From the NCBI GenBank assembly GCA_035279865.1, contig DATEGY010000124.1, positions 136 through 64,135 of the forward strand: 64,000 nucleotides of DNA, read 5' to 3'. The stretch is from Gemmatimonadales bacterium (GTDB lineage Bacteria; Gemmatimonadota; Gemmatimonadetes; Gemmatimonadales; GWC2-71-9). The notes under the pieces are model-generated. The model had not been told where the DNA came from and ran no database searches. It worked only from the letters and a program-made list of their open reading frames with translations. This document shows, piece after piece, positions 54,888-64,000 of the stretch. Made by a program: the position numbers and the translations under genes. Positions within the stretch are counted from its first letter, which is position 1; each line of letters opens with the position of its first letter.

Positions 54888-55810
54888 GCTCCGGCGTGGT
54901 GCTGGCACGCGCGGGGTCCACGTACCGCGTCCATGTGGACGGGCGCGAAATCACCGCGACGCTCCGCGGCAAGCTCAAACACAAGGACGACGACCGCGTG
55001 GTGGTGGGTGACGTCGTGGAGCTGGATCTGGAGTCCCCGGATTCCGGCGCCATCACGGGCATCACGCCGCGGAAGTCCGTGCTGGAACGCCGCGCCGCGG
55101 GCCAGGGAGCGAGCCGGGCCCAGCCGATCGCGGCGAACGTCGACCAGGTCCTGGTGGTGGTGTCGGCACGGGACCCCGAGCCGACGCCGCGGATGATCGA
55201 CCGCTTTCTGATCATCGCCGAGGCGAACCACCTACCGGCGATCGTGGTGGTGAACAAGGCCGAGCTGGACCGGGACGCGGGTCCGGCCCTCGCCACCCGC
55301 TACCAGGCCGCCGGGTATCCCGTGCTCTTCACCTCGGTGAAAGCGGTCGAGGGGTTGGAGGAGCTCGAGCGGGCCTTGCGGGGGCGCGAAACGGTGCTCG
55401 CCGGTCAGTCGGGCGTAGGGAAGTCGAGCCTCTTGAACGCCATCGAACCGGGATTGAAGCTCCGGATCGGAGCCATCAGCGAGAAGTGGCGCACCGGGAA
55501 GCATACGACCACCGCCGCTGAGCTGATCCCCCTGAAGGCGGGCGGGTATGTGGTGGACACGCCCGGGATGCGGGAGGTGGGGGCTTGGGGCATCGAGCCC
55601 GCCGACCTGGCCTCATGCTTCCCCGAGTTCCGGAGTTTCCTGGGCCACTGCCGCTTCGACAACTGCCGGCATCTGACTGAGCCCTCGTGCGCGGTACGGC
55701 GGGGTGCCGAGGAGGGAGCGTTTCCGGCGGACCGTCTCGTCTCGTATGAGCGGCTCTACGAGGAGCTCAACGTTCCTTCCTGGTCCAGCGGTCGGCGTCG
55801 CGGGTCCTGA
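54884..55810 (+). CDS. rsgA: ribosome small-subunit-dependent GTPase A
   Basis: Circularly permuted GTPase: VVNKAELD, then GQSGVGKSSLLN. C-terminal zinc cluster CRFDNCRHLTEPSC. Confidence 0.9.
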   Translation: MSSGVVLARAGSTYRVHVDGREITATLRGKLKHKDDDRVVVGDVVELDLESPDSGAITGITPRKSVLERRAAGQGASRAQPIAANVDQVLVVVSARDPEPTPRMIDRFLIIAEANHLPAIVVVNKAELDRDAGPALATRYQAAGYPVLFTSVKAVEGLEELERALRGRETVLAGQSGVGKSSLLNAIEPGLKLRIGAISEKWRTGKHTTTAAELIPLKAGGYVVDTPGMREVGAWGIEPADLASCFPEFRSFLGHCRFDNCRHLTEPSCAVRRGAEEGAFPADRLVSYERLYEELNVPSWSSGRRRGS

Positions 55811-56087
55811 CCTTCGCCAGGGTCGCCGCGAAGGCCTGATCGAGATCGATGGCCTGGGAGTTGGCGAGACAGATCACGACGAACAGGATGTCGCCCAGCT
55901 CGAGGGCCAGATCCCCGTCCGGTTCATCGGCCTTCTTCGTCTTCTGACCGAACCGGTGATTGATCTCGCGGGCCAGCTCGCCTACTTCTTCGGTGAGCCG
56001 TGCGAGATTGGTGAGCGGACTGAAATATCCTTCTTTATATTGGCTGATCCATTGATCGACTGCCGCCTGGGCCTCGCCAAAGGACAC
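55767..56087 (-). CDS. MazG-like nucleotide pyrophosphohydrolase
   Basis: LTEEVGELAREI...ELGDILFVVICLAN EExxE/D motifs. GTG start. Its 3' end overlaps rsgA by 44 nt (convergent). Confidence 0.85.
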   Translation of the reverse strand: MSFGEAQAAVDQWISQYKEGYFSPLTNLARLTEEVGELAREINHRFGQKTKKADEPDGDLALELGDILFVVICLANSQAIDLDQAFAATLAKVRTRDADRWTRKER

Positions 56088-56101
56088 CGGAGCCTCCGTT
56101 C

Positions 56102-57336
<1,235 letters not shown>

Positions 57337-57340
<4 letters not shown>

Positions 57341-57603
57341 GTGCCGGCCGTCCGCGGGAGAAGATCCTCGAGAACCTGGAGTCGGTGTACCGGGAAGCGT
57401 ACGACCGGGCCAAGGGTACGGGGGACGAGCGCCGCATGGCCGACCTCGACGCCGCCTACCAGCGGGAACAGCTGTTGCTCGAAGTGTTGCTCGACATCCG
57501 GGACAGCCTGTCGGCGAAAGCCCCCGCGGGGTCCGCCCCGTCGCCTGGTCCCGATCCCATCACCACCCTCGAAACCATCCGCAGAATCAGCCAGCTTCGC
57601 TAA
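57337..57603 (+). CDS. hypothetical small helical protein (88 aa)
   Basis: GTGA overlap with the DUF1015 stop. Its composition looks coding. I recognised no family. Confidence 0.4.
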
Positions 57604-57614
57604 GGGAGATTGTG

Positions 57615-59264
57615 ATGCGCCGCCTTTCCTTGTTGCTGCTCCTGCCCGCCATCGCCTGTGGTCAGAAGGCCGACCTCGTCATCACCCACGGAATGGTCTG
57701 GACCGGGACGAGCTCCGGCGGGCCTCAGCCGGGGGGTGTCGCGATCGTGGGCGACAAGATCGTCGCTGTCGGCGACAGCGCGTCCCTCGCGCCGTTCCTG
57801 GGTTCGGGCACACGGGTGATCGACGCACGGGGCGGCCTGATCGCTCCCGGGTTCAACGATGCCCACACGCACTTTGTGGATGGCGGCTTCCAGCTCTCGT
57901 CGGTGGATCTGCGCACGGCGGCGACGCCGCAGGAATTCATCCGGCGCATCGCGCAGTTCGCGCAAACCCGGAAGCCGGGGGAGTGGATCACCGGCGGCGA
58001 CTGGGACCATACGCTCTGGCCCGGGCAGCCGCTGCCGCGGCGCGAGTGGATCGACTCGGTGACGCGCGACATCCCGGTGTTCATCAGCCGCCTGGATGGC
58101 CACGAAGCGCTGGCGAACACGGCTGCATTGACGGCCGCGAACGTCACGAAGAACACGCCGACCCCGGCGGGCGGCGAGATCCTCCACGACGCGAAAACCG
58201 GCGAGCCCACCGGGATCTTCAAGGACAACGCGCTGGCCCTGATCGCCCGCGCCGTTCCCGACCCCTCACCCGAACGGCTCGACTCGGCCGTAGCCCGCGC
58301 GCAGACCTATGCGGAGTCCCTTGGCCTCACCGGAACGTCGTTCGTCTCGGTTCCCTTCACCGATTGGGCGAGCCTGAGGCGGATGGAGAAGGCCGGTAGA
58401 CTGACCATGCGCTTCACGCTGTACTTGCCGCTCACGCAGTGGCACCTGGTGGCCGACTCCGTGAAGGCTCTCGGCGCCGGCGACGACTGGGTGCGCGTGG
58501 CGGGGGTGAAGGGCTACATGGACGGCTCGGCGGGCGCGCGGACCGCGAAATTCTACGAGCCGTACTCCGATTCGGCCGGGTACACCGGGCTCTTCCGCAG
58601 CCCCCCCGACAGCATGGCCCGGTGGATCGGCGCGGCGGACTCGGCCGGGCTCCAGATCGCCGTGCACGCCATCGGGGACCAGGCCAACGGCGTGCTCCTC
58701 GCGATCTACGACAGCGTCGGGAAGGCCCATGGCCGGCGCGATCGCCGGTTCCGCGTGGAGCATGCGCAGCACCTTCGCGCGCAGGACATCCCGACGTTCG
58801 GTGCCGACGGGATCGTGGCGTCGGTCCAGCCGTCGCACCTGACCGATGACGGCCGCTGGATCGAAAAGCGCATCGGGCCGGAGCGCATCAAGACGACCTA
58901 TCCCTTCCGGACTCTGCTCGACACCCACGCGGTGCTGGCGTTCGGCTCTGACTGGGACGTGGCGACCCCTGATCCACTGAAGGGCATCGATGCCGCGGTC
59001 ACCCGCCGCACCAATGACGGGAAGAACGAAGGCGGCTGGATTCCGGCGGAAAAGATCACGGTGGCCGAGGCGCTGCGGGCCTACACCTGGGGGAACGCCT
59101 ACGCGGTCTCGCAGGAAACGAAGCGCGGGACGCTCGCCCCCGGGATGTACGCGGACGTCGTGGTGGTCGACCACAATCTCTTCGCCATTCCGGCCGACTC
59201 CATCCGGGACACTCATGTGAGTGCCACGGTCGTCGCCGGGAAGGTGGTGTTCGAGCGGAAATAG
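57615..59264 (+). CDS. amidohydrolase-family (Amidohydro_3) metal-dependent hydrolase, lipoprotein/secreted
   Basis: Signal or lipobox-like MRRLSLLLLLPAIACG, GFNDAHTHF, HAIGD and GSDWDV. An AAGGGAG Shine-Dalgarno sequence lies upstream of ATG 57615. Confidence 0.85.
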   Translation: MRRLSLLLLLPAIACGQKADLVITHGMVWTGTSSGGPQPGGVAIVGDKIVAVGDSASLAPFLGSGTRVIDARGGLIAPGFNDAHTHFVDGGFQLSSVDLRTAATPQEFIRRIAQFAQTRKPGEWITGGDWDHTLWPGQPLPRREWIDSVTRDIPVFISRLDGHEALANTAALTAANVTKNTPTPAGGEILHDAKTGEPTGIFKDNALALIARAVPDPSPERLDSAVARAQTYAESLGLTGTSFVSVPFTDWASLRRMEKAGRLTMRFTLYLPLTQWHLVADSVKALGAGDDWVRVAGVKGYMDGSAGARTAKFYEPYSDSAGYTGLFRSPPDSMARWIGAADSAGLQIAVHAIGDQANGVLLAIYDSVGKAHGRRDRRFRVEHAQHLRAQDIPTFGADGIVASVQPSHLTDDGRWIEKRIGPERIKTTYPFRTLLDTHAVLAFGSDWDVATPDPLKGIDAAVTRRTNDGKNEGGWIPAEKITVAEALRAYTWGNAYAVSQETKRGTLAPGMYADVVVVDHNLFAIPADSIRDTHVSATVVAGKVVFERK

Positions 59265-59414
59265 CCTCGAGCAGCGTCCCGATCTGCAACATCAGCGACC
59301 TGGCAGTTCGCAACCGCGCCTCCAGATTGAAGTTGCTCGCTTTGTTCGGGAACGCCGCATTGGCGACCCGGGACGCCGCAAAAACGCCTGTCTGAACTGC
59401 GCAGGGGGTCGCCG

Positions 59415-60602
59415 ATGAGGGCGCACCAAGCCGTCTTTCGCTTTCTCGTGGGATTCGCCTGCCTGTCGCGCGGGGCCGCCGCGCAGAAGGACAGCATCGC
59501 GCTCCTGGAAGCGCGCGTTCGGGCAGGTGATTCCCTGGACGCGGAGACGCAGTTCCGTCTGGGCCGCTACTACGAGTTCGCGAACCGGTATGACGACGAA
59601 GAGCGCGCGTTCCGAACCGCCATCGCCGCCGATCCCCGCTACGCGCCGGCCTACCTCTGGCTGGGCGACCTGCCGTACGTTCGTGAACCGAAGCTCATCA
59701 AGGACGAGCAGAAGAACCGCGTGCCCCCCGAATGGACCAAGGCCCTCGACGACGCGGCGCGGCTCCGCGTGCAGGCCCTCTTGATCGATCCGCTGGTCGA
59801 CTGGCGCGCCCGCGACGAAAAGCCGATTCCCCAGGACATGGTGCAGGTGCCCGAATATTCTGGATACGAGGATGAAACGACCAACTACCTGGGCTGGATC
59901 GGGATCGCCGGGCTGGCCTACGAGCGCTACGAGCTTTCCTACAGTGCCATGGATCTCTACCGGACTCGCCGCTTCCGCTCGAGCCCAGAAGACTCCATCC
60001 CGCCGTGGGTGTACTTCGTCCACGGCATCGCGGCGGCCCACCTCGGCGCGTACGACAAAGCGAGTACCGATTTCGAGGTCCTGATGAAGCGGGCGACGGC
60101 CGTGGAGCGTTCCGATTCCGTCATCAATTTTCCGCTCAACACCAACGACTTCCGGTACCTGCTGGCCATTTTCAAGGAGCGGATGCACAAGCCGGCGGAC
60201 GCCATCCAGCTCTATCAGGACGCCATCAACGCCGACCTCGGCTTCTACATGGCCCATGCCCACCTCGCCCAGATCTACCGGCAGTACAAGATGTGGGACA
60301 AGGCGGTGGCGGAGGCGCAGGCCGCCGTCGACGCCAATCCGGAGGATGCGTCGCTACGCCTGGATCTTGGCGTCATTGACGCGGAGGCCGGACGCGCGGC
60401 CGACGCCGTCCTGGCGCTGGAGAAAGCCGTCCACCTGGACCCGCGCTGCCCGGCGGCGTACTATCGCCTCGGCGTCGTAGCCCAGCAGGCGAACCAGCCC
60501 GGCGACGCCCGGGACGCGCTGACTCATTTCATCGCGATTGCCCCGCATCAGATGGCGACCGAGGTGGCGGATGCCCGGAAGCGCATTGATTCGTTGCACT
60601 AA
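59415..60602 (+). CDS. TPR-repeat protein, secreted
   Basis: Signal-like N-terminus and several TPR-like A..Y..LG / A...F..A...DP units. Confidence 0.7.
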   Translation: MRAHQAVFRFLVGFACLSRGAAAQKDSIALLEARVRAGDSLDAETQFRLGRYYEFANRYDDEERAFRTAIAADPRYAPAYLWLGDLPYVREPKLIKDEQKNRVPPEWTKALDDAARLRVQALLIDPLVDWRARDEKPIPQDMVQVPEYSGYEDETTNYLGWIGIAGLAYERYELSYSAMDLYRTRRFRSSPEDSIPPWVYFVHGIAAAHLGAYDKASTDFEVLMKRATAVERSDSVINFPLNTNDFRYLLAIFKERMHKPADAIQLYQDAINADLGFYMAHAHLAQIYRQYKMWDKAVAEAQAAVDANPEDASLRLDLGVIDAEAGRAADAVLALEKAVHLDPRCPAAYYRLGVVAQQANQPGDARDALTHFIAIAPHQMATEVADARKRIDSLH

Positions 60603-62145
60603 GGCCCTCCTGGTCGCGTCGGCCGTCGCGCTCCCGGTCACCCGGGGCGCGGCGCAACAGCGCACGTCCTATGAAGAGCTCCAGACCTTCTCCCAGGTCC
60701 TGACGTACATCTTCCACAGCTACCCGGACTCGGTCGGCTACAGCCTGCTGATCAAGTCCGCCATCAACGGCGTCCTCCGCGACCTCGATCCCCACAGTCT
60801 CTTCTTCTCGCGGCTCGACTGGGAGCGCTTCGACTCCCTCCAGCGTGGCGACCTGGCCACCACCGGAGCGGGCCTCGACGACGTCGACGGGGAGCCGACG
60901 GTGCTCGGCGTGTACCCGAAAAGCCCGGCGGAAGGCGCCGGTGTCCGCCCGGGCGACCGCGTGGTCGCCATCAACGACACCGTGATCGCCGGCCTCGAAA
61001 TCGAGACGGTCCGCCTCCGGATGGCGGGGTCGGAAGGAAGCAAGGTGCGGGTGCGCTTCGCGAGAGGACCCCGCCTCGAGCCCGACACGTTCACGGTGGC
61101 CTTGAAGCGGAAGCATCTCGAGGTGCGGTACGTGTGGGAGACGCGGATGGTGGACTCGGTCACGGGGTTCCTCCGCCTCGACGAGTTCGGACCCAAGTCG
61201 GCCGACGAAGTCCACGACGCCATCAAGGCCCTCAAGAAGCAGGGAGCCCGCCAGATCATTCTGGACCTCCGGAACAACCCCGGAGGCATCGTGGAACAGG
61301 CGGTGGACCTGGTCTCCGAGTTTGTGCCCAGGAACACCGTCGTCTTCAGCACCAAGGGGCGGCGCGCCGACGTCGACACGACGTTCCGCACCAAACGCGA
61401 CGGGGACTTCCGGGACCTGCCCCTGATCGTCCTGGTGAACGAGCTCTCGGCCAGCGCCGCGGAGGCCACGGCGGCGTCGCTCCAGGATCACGATCGCGCG
61501 CTCATCGTCGGACGGCGAACGTTCGGCAAGGCGCTGATGCAGACCGACTTCTTCCTCGCGTCCGGCGAGATCCTGCACATGACCATCGGCCACGTGATCT
61601 CGCCGTCCGGACGGTACATCCAGCGCCGGTATACGGGGCTCGCGGTGGAGCAGTACTACCAGCTGGCGGGCAAGTCCGGCGCCGCCGCCGACACCGACCA
61701 GGTCTACCACACGGACGCCGGCCGGATCGTCCGCGGCGGCGGAGGCGTGCTTCCCGATCTCGTGGATGAGAGCCAAGGCCAGCCCGCCGCCTGGTGGGTC
61801 GTGGCACAGGACTCAGGGTGGGTGGCCGCCGTGGCCGACAGTGTCGCGGCCACCTTGCCCATGACCAGCGCGGGGCTCACGACCTTCGAGGCGGGTCTCC
61901 CCAATTGGGGCAATACGCTGATGCCCCCGCTTCTCAGGCGGATCAGAGAACGCCTGCATGTCGCCGCGGTGGTGGATTCCGCCGTGCAGTGGCGCCTGGG
62001 ATACGAAGTGGGACGCCGGGTGGTGGAAACCCGTTGGGGGGCCGACGCGAGATACGACCTGGATCTGCGCCACGACCGGGACGTGCGGATAGCCGTCGCC
62101 TCATTCCCCAGGCTCGGCGACCTTTTGAAGGCAAAGCCCAACTAG
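60571..62145 (+). CDS. S41 carboxy-terminal processing peptidase with PDZ domain
   Basis: PDZ segment [25 protein letters not shown], and [11 protein letters not shown]...GRRTFGKA (Ser/Lys dyad region). The start could be ATG 60571 or the track GTG at 60538. Confidence 0.85.
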   Translation: MPGSALIRCTKALLVASAVALPVTRGAAQQRTSYEELQTFSQVLTYIFHSYPDSVGYSLLIKSAINGVLRDLDPHSLFFSRLDWERFDSLQRGDLATTGAGLDDVDGEPTVLGVYPKSPAEGAGVRPGDRVVAINDTVIAGLEIETVRLRMAGSEGSKVRVRFARGPRLEPDTFTVALKRKHLEVRYVWETRMVDSVTGFLRLDEFGPKSADEVHDAIKALKKQGARQIILDLRNNPGGIVEQAVDLVSEFVPRNTVVFSTKGRRADVDTTFRTKRDGDFRDLPLIVLVNELSASAAEATAASLQDHDRALIVGRRTFGKALMQTDFFLASGEILHMTIGHVISPSGRYIQRRYTGLAVEQYYQLAGKSGAAADTDQVYHTDAGRIVRGGGGVLPDLVDESQGQPAAWWVVAQDSGWVAAVADSVAATLPMTSAGLTTFEAGLPNWGNTLMPPLLRRIRERLHVAAVVDSAVQWRLGYEVGRRVVETRWGADARYDLDLRHDRDVRIAVASFPRLGDLLKAKPN

Positions 62146-62161
62146 GCTATTTTCCAGACCT

Positions 62162-64000
62162 ATGGCCACCAAGACCACCCCCCAGTCCCGCGCCCAGTCC
62201 AAGTCCTCCAAGTCCCAGCTCAGTAAGGCCGAGCTCCTGGACATGTACCGGCTGATGCTTCTGTCCCGCCGGATCGACGACAAAGAGATCCAGCTCAAGC
62301 GGCAGAACAAGATCTTCTTCCAGATCTCCGGCGCCGGGCACGAGGCCATTCTGGTCGCTGCGGGCAAAGCCATGAAGTCCGGCTACGACTGGTTCTACCC
62401 GTACTACCGGGACCGGGCCCTCTGCCTGACGCTCGGCATGACGCCCACCGAAATGCTGCTTTCCGCCGTGGGCGCCGCAGAAGATCCGAACTCCGGCGGG
62501 CGCCAGATGCCCTCCCACTGGGGACACCAGGCGCTCAACATCGTCAGCCAGTCCTCGCCGACCGGCACCCAGTTCATCCAGGCGGTGGGCTGTGCCGAGG
62601 CGTGGTACCGGTCGACGAAGATTCGGGAGGCGGCGGACCTATCGGTGAAGAAAGACGAAGTGGTCTACTGCTCGTCGGGTGACGGCACCACCAGCGAAGG
62701 CGAGTACTGGGAGGCGCTGAACACCGCCTGCAATCTCAAGCTCCCCGTCGTGTTCCTCGTCGAAGACAACGGCTACGCCATCTCCGTGCCCGTCGAGGTC
62801 CAGACCGCGGGCGGCTCGGTGTCCAAGCTGGTCACGGGGTTCCCCGGCCTGTTCATCCAGGAGGTGGACGGCTGCGATCCCATCGCCTCGTATGAGGTGA
62901 TGCGCCGGGCGGTGGAGTACTGCCGCGAGCGGAAGGGCCCCGCCCTGGTCCACGCCCATGTGACCCGTCCCTACTCACACTCCCTCTCGGATGACGAAGT
63001 TCTCTACCGGCCGACCAAGGAGCGCGAGGAGGAGGCCAAGCGCGACTGCATCACCGTCTTCCCCAAGCGGCTGCTCGCCGATGGGGTCGCCACCCCGGCC
63101 GAAATCGAAGCCATCCAGAAGCAGGTCGACGACGACGTACAGGTGGCGGCCGACATGGCCCTCGTCTCCCCGCAGCCGAAGACCGACACCGTCTACGACT
63201 TCGTCTATTCTCCCGACGTGGACCCCACCTCGGAGCAGTTCGACACCGAGGACGATCCGCAGTTCAAGGGTGAGCCGACCACGGTGGTCGACCTCCTGAA
63301 CGTGTGCATGAAGGACGAAATGGCGCGCGACCCGCGGATTCTCGTCTTCGGAGAAGACGTGGCCGACGCCAGCCGCGAGCAGGCATTGAAGGACGTGAAG
63401 GGCAAGGGCGGCGTGTTCAAGGTGACGTGGGGGCTCCAGCGCCAATTCGGTGGAGACCGCGTCTACAACTCACCCCTGGCCGAGGCCAATATTCTCGGCC
63501 GAGCCATCGGGCTAGGGATGCGGGGCTGGAAGCCGGTGGTCGAGATTCAGTTCTTCGACTACATCTGGCCCGCATATCACCAGATCCGGAACGAGTTGGC
63601 GACCATGCGCTGGCGGTCCAACAACGCGTTCAAGTGTCCGGCGGTGGTTCGTGTGACGTACGGGGGGTACCTGAAGGGCGGGTCGATCTACCATTCGCAG
63701 ACCGGAGCCGTCGTGTTTACGTCCATCCCCGGTCTCCGCGTGATCTGTCCGTCGACCGCGCTCGACGCGAACGGCCTGCTCCGCACCGCCATCCGCTGCG
63801 ACGACCCGGTGCTCTTCCTCGAACACAAGCACCTGTACCGCCAGACCTACAACAAGGCCCCGAACCCCGGCCCGAATTTCATGATCCCGTTCGGGAAGGC
63901 CCGCGTGGCTCGGGAAGGGACCGACCTCACCGTCGTTACGTACGGCGCCGTGGTCCAGCGCGCCCTGGTGGCGGCGAAGATGCTCGAAGATGAGAACGGT
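62162..64000 (+). CDS. fused 2-oxoacid dehydrogenase E1 component alpha/beta (TPP-dependent), 3' end outside window
   Basis: Not in the ORF track because there is no stop in the window. ATG 62162 is followed by 613 open codons. The alpha part has [16 protein letters not shown] (TPP motif). The beta part starts about 63290 ([11 protein letters not shown]...[16 protein letters not shown]). Confidence 0.88.
   Translation, partial: MATKTTPQSRAQSKSSKSQLSKAELLDMYRLMLLSRRIDDKEIQLKRQNKIFFQISGAGHEAILVAAGKAMKSGYDWFYPYYRDRALCLTLGMTPTEMLLSAVGAAEDPNSGGRQMPSHWGHQALNIVSQSSPTGTQFIQAVGCAEAWYRSTKIREAADLSVKKDEVVYCSSGDGTTSEGEYWEALNTACNLKLPVVFLVEDNGYAISVPVEVQTAGGSVSKLVTGFPGLFIQEVDGCDPIASYEVMRRAVEYCRERKGPALVHAHVTRPYSHSLSDDEVLYRPTKEREEEAKRDCITVFPKRLLADGVATPAEIEAIQKQVDDDVQVAADMALVSPQPKTDTVYDFVYSPDVDPTSEQFDTEDDPQFKGEPTTVVDLLNVCMKDEMARDPRILVFGEDVADASREQALKDVKGKGGVFKVTWGLQRQFGGDRVYNSPLAEANILGRAIGLGMRGWKPVVEIQFFDYIWPAYHQIRNELATMRWRSNNAFKCPAVVRVTYGGYLKGGSIYHSQTGAVVFTSIPGLRVICPSTALDANGLLRTAIRCDDPVLFLEHKHLYRQTYNKAPNPGPNFMIPFGKARVAREGTDLTVVTYGAVVQRALVAAKMLEDENG

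Overview
This is a high-G+C, very gene-dense chromosomal segment. I estimate G+C in the upper 60s % by eye and did not compute it. It holds about 60 protein genes, and most same-strand junctions overlap by 1-4 nt (ATGA, GTGA or TTGA). The content is mostly housekeeping:
- an MMPL transporter, RNase D, a 7Fe ferredoxin and a Ser/Thr kinase with TPR repeats;
- thiC behind a TPP riboswitch;
- a GH38 alpha-mannosidase and peptide deformylase;
- a complete sufBCDSU operon;
- an ABC-2 exporter;
- mnmG, two parS sites, then parA-parB-M23 peptidase-bactofilin;
- queG, and a LOG / deoxyhypusine-synthase-like pair;
- glpD, fadIJ-like beta-oxidation genes, proline dehydrogenase and rsgA;
- an S41 protease and a fused 2-oxoacid dehydrogenase E1 alpha/beta.

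The PEP-CTERM protein, DUF481 outer-membrane protein and the repeat family suggest a Gemmatimonadota- or Acidobacteriota-like Gram-negative lineage. That is inference only.

I saw no rRNA, tRNA, CRISPR array, transposase, integrase or recognisable defence genes, so this is not an obvious accessory island.

Features I added that are not in the ORF track:
- two edge-truncated CDSs (3-245 and 62162-64000);
- a TPP riboswitch;
- two parS sites;
- operator-like palindromes;
- a GTCATCCTGAGCG...GAAGGACCTGC repeat family;
- a 15-bp tandem repeat;
- an intrinsic terminator.

The most unusual item is a roughly 590-bp cassette bounded by long inverted repeats. It carries a four-helix-bundle gene (23S rRNA IVS-protein / Avd-like) and sits exactly between the ABC permease stop codon and mnmG. 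Other items worth a second look are:
- the parAB-M23-bactofilin operon;
- an orphan AmmeMemoRadiSam-type radical SAM gene coupled to a matrixin and a beta-lactamase-fold hydrolase;
- a protein with four zinc ribbons fused to an HExxH domain;
- a secreted HEAT-repeat protein ending in (HP)n and (MP)n dipeptide repeats.

All homology calls come from motif recognition by eye. No database search was run.
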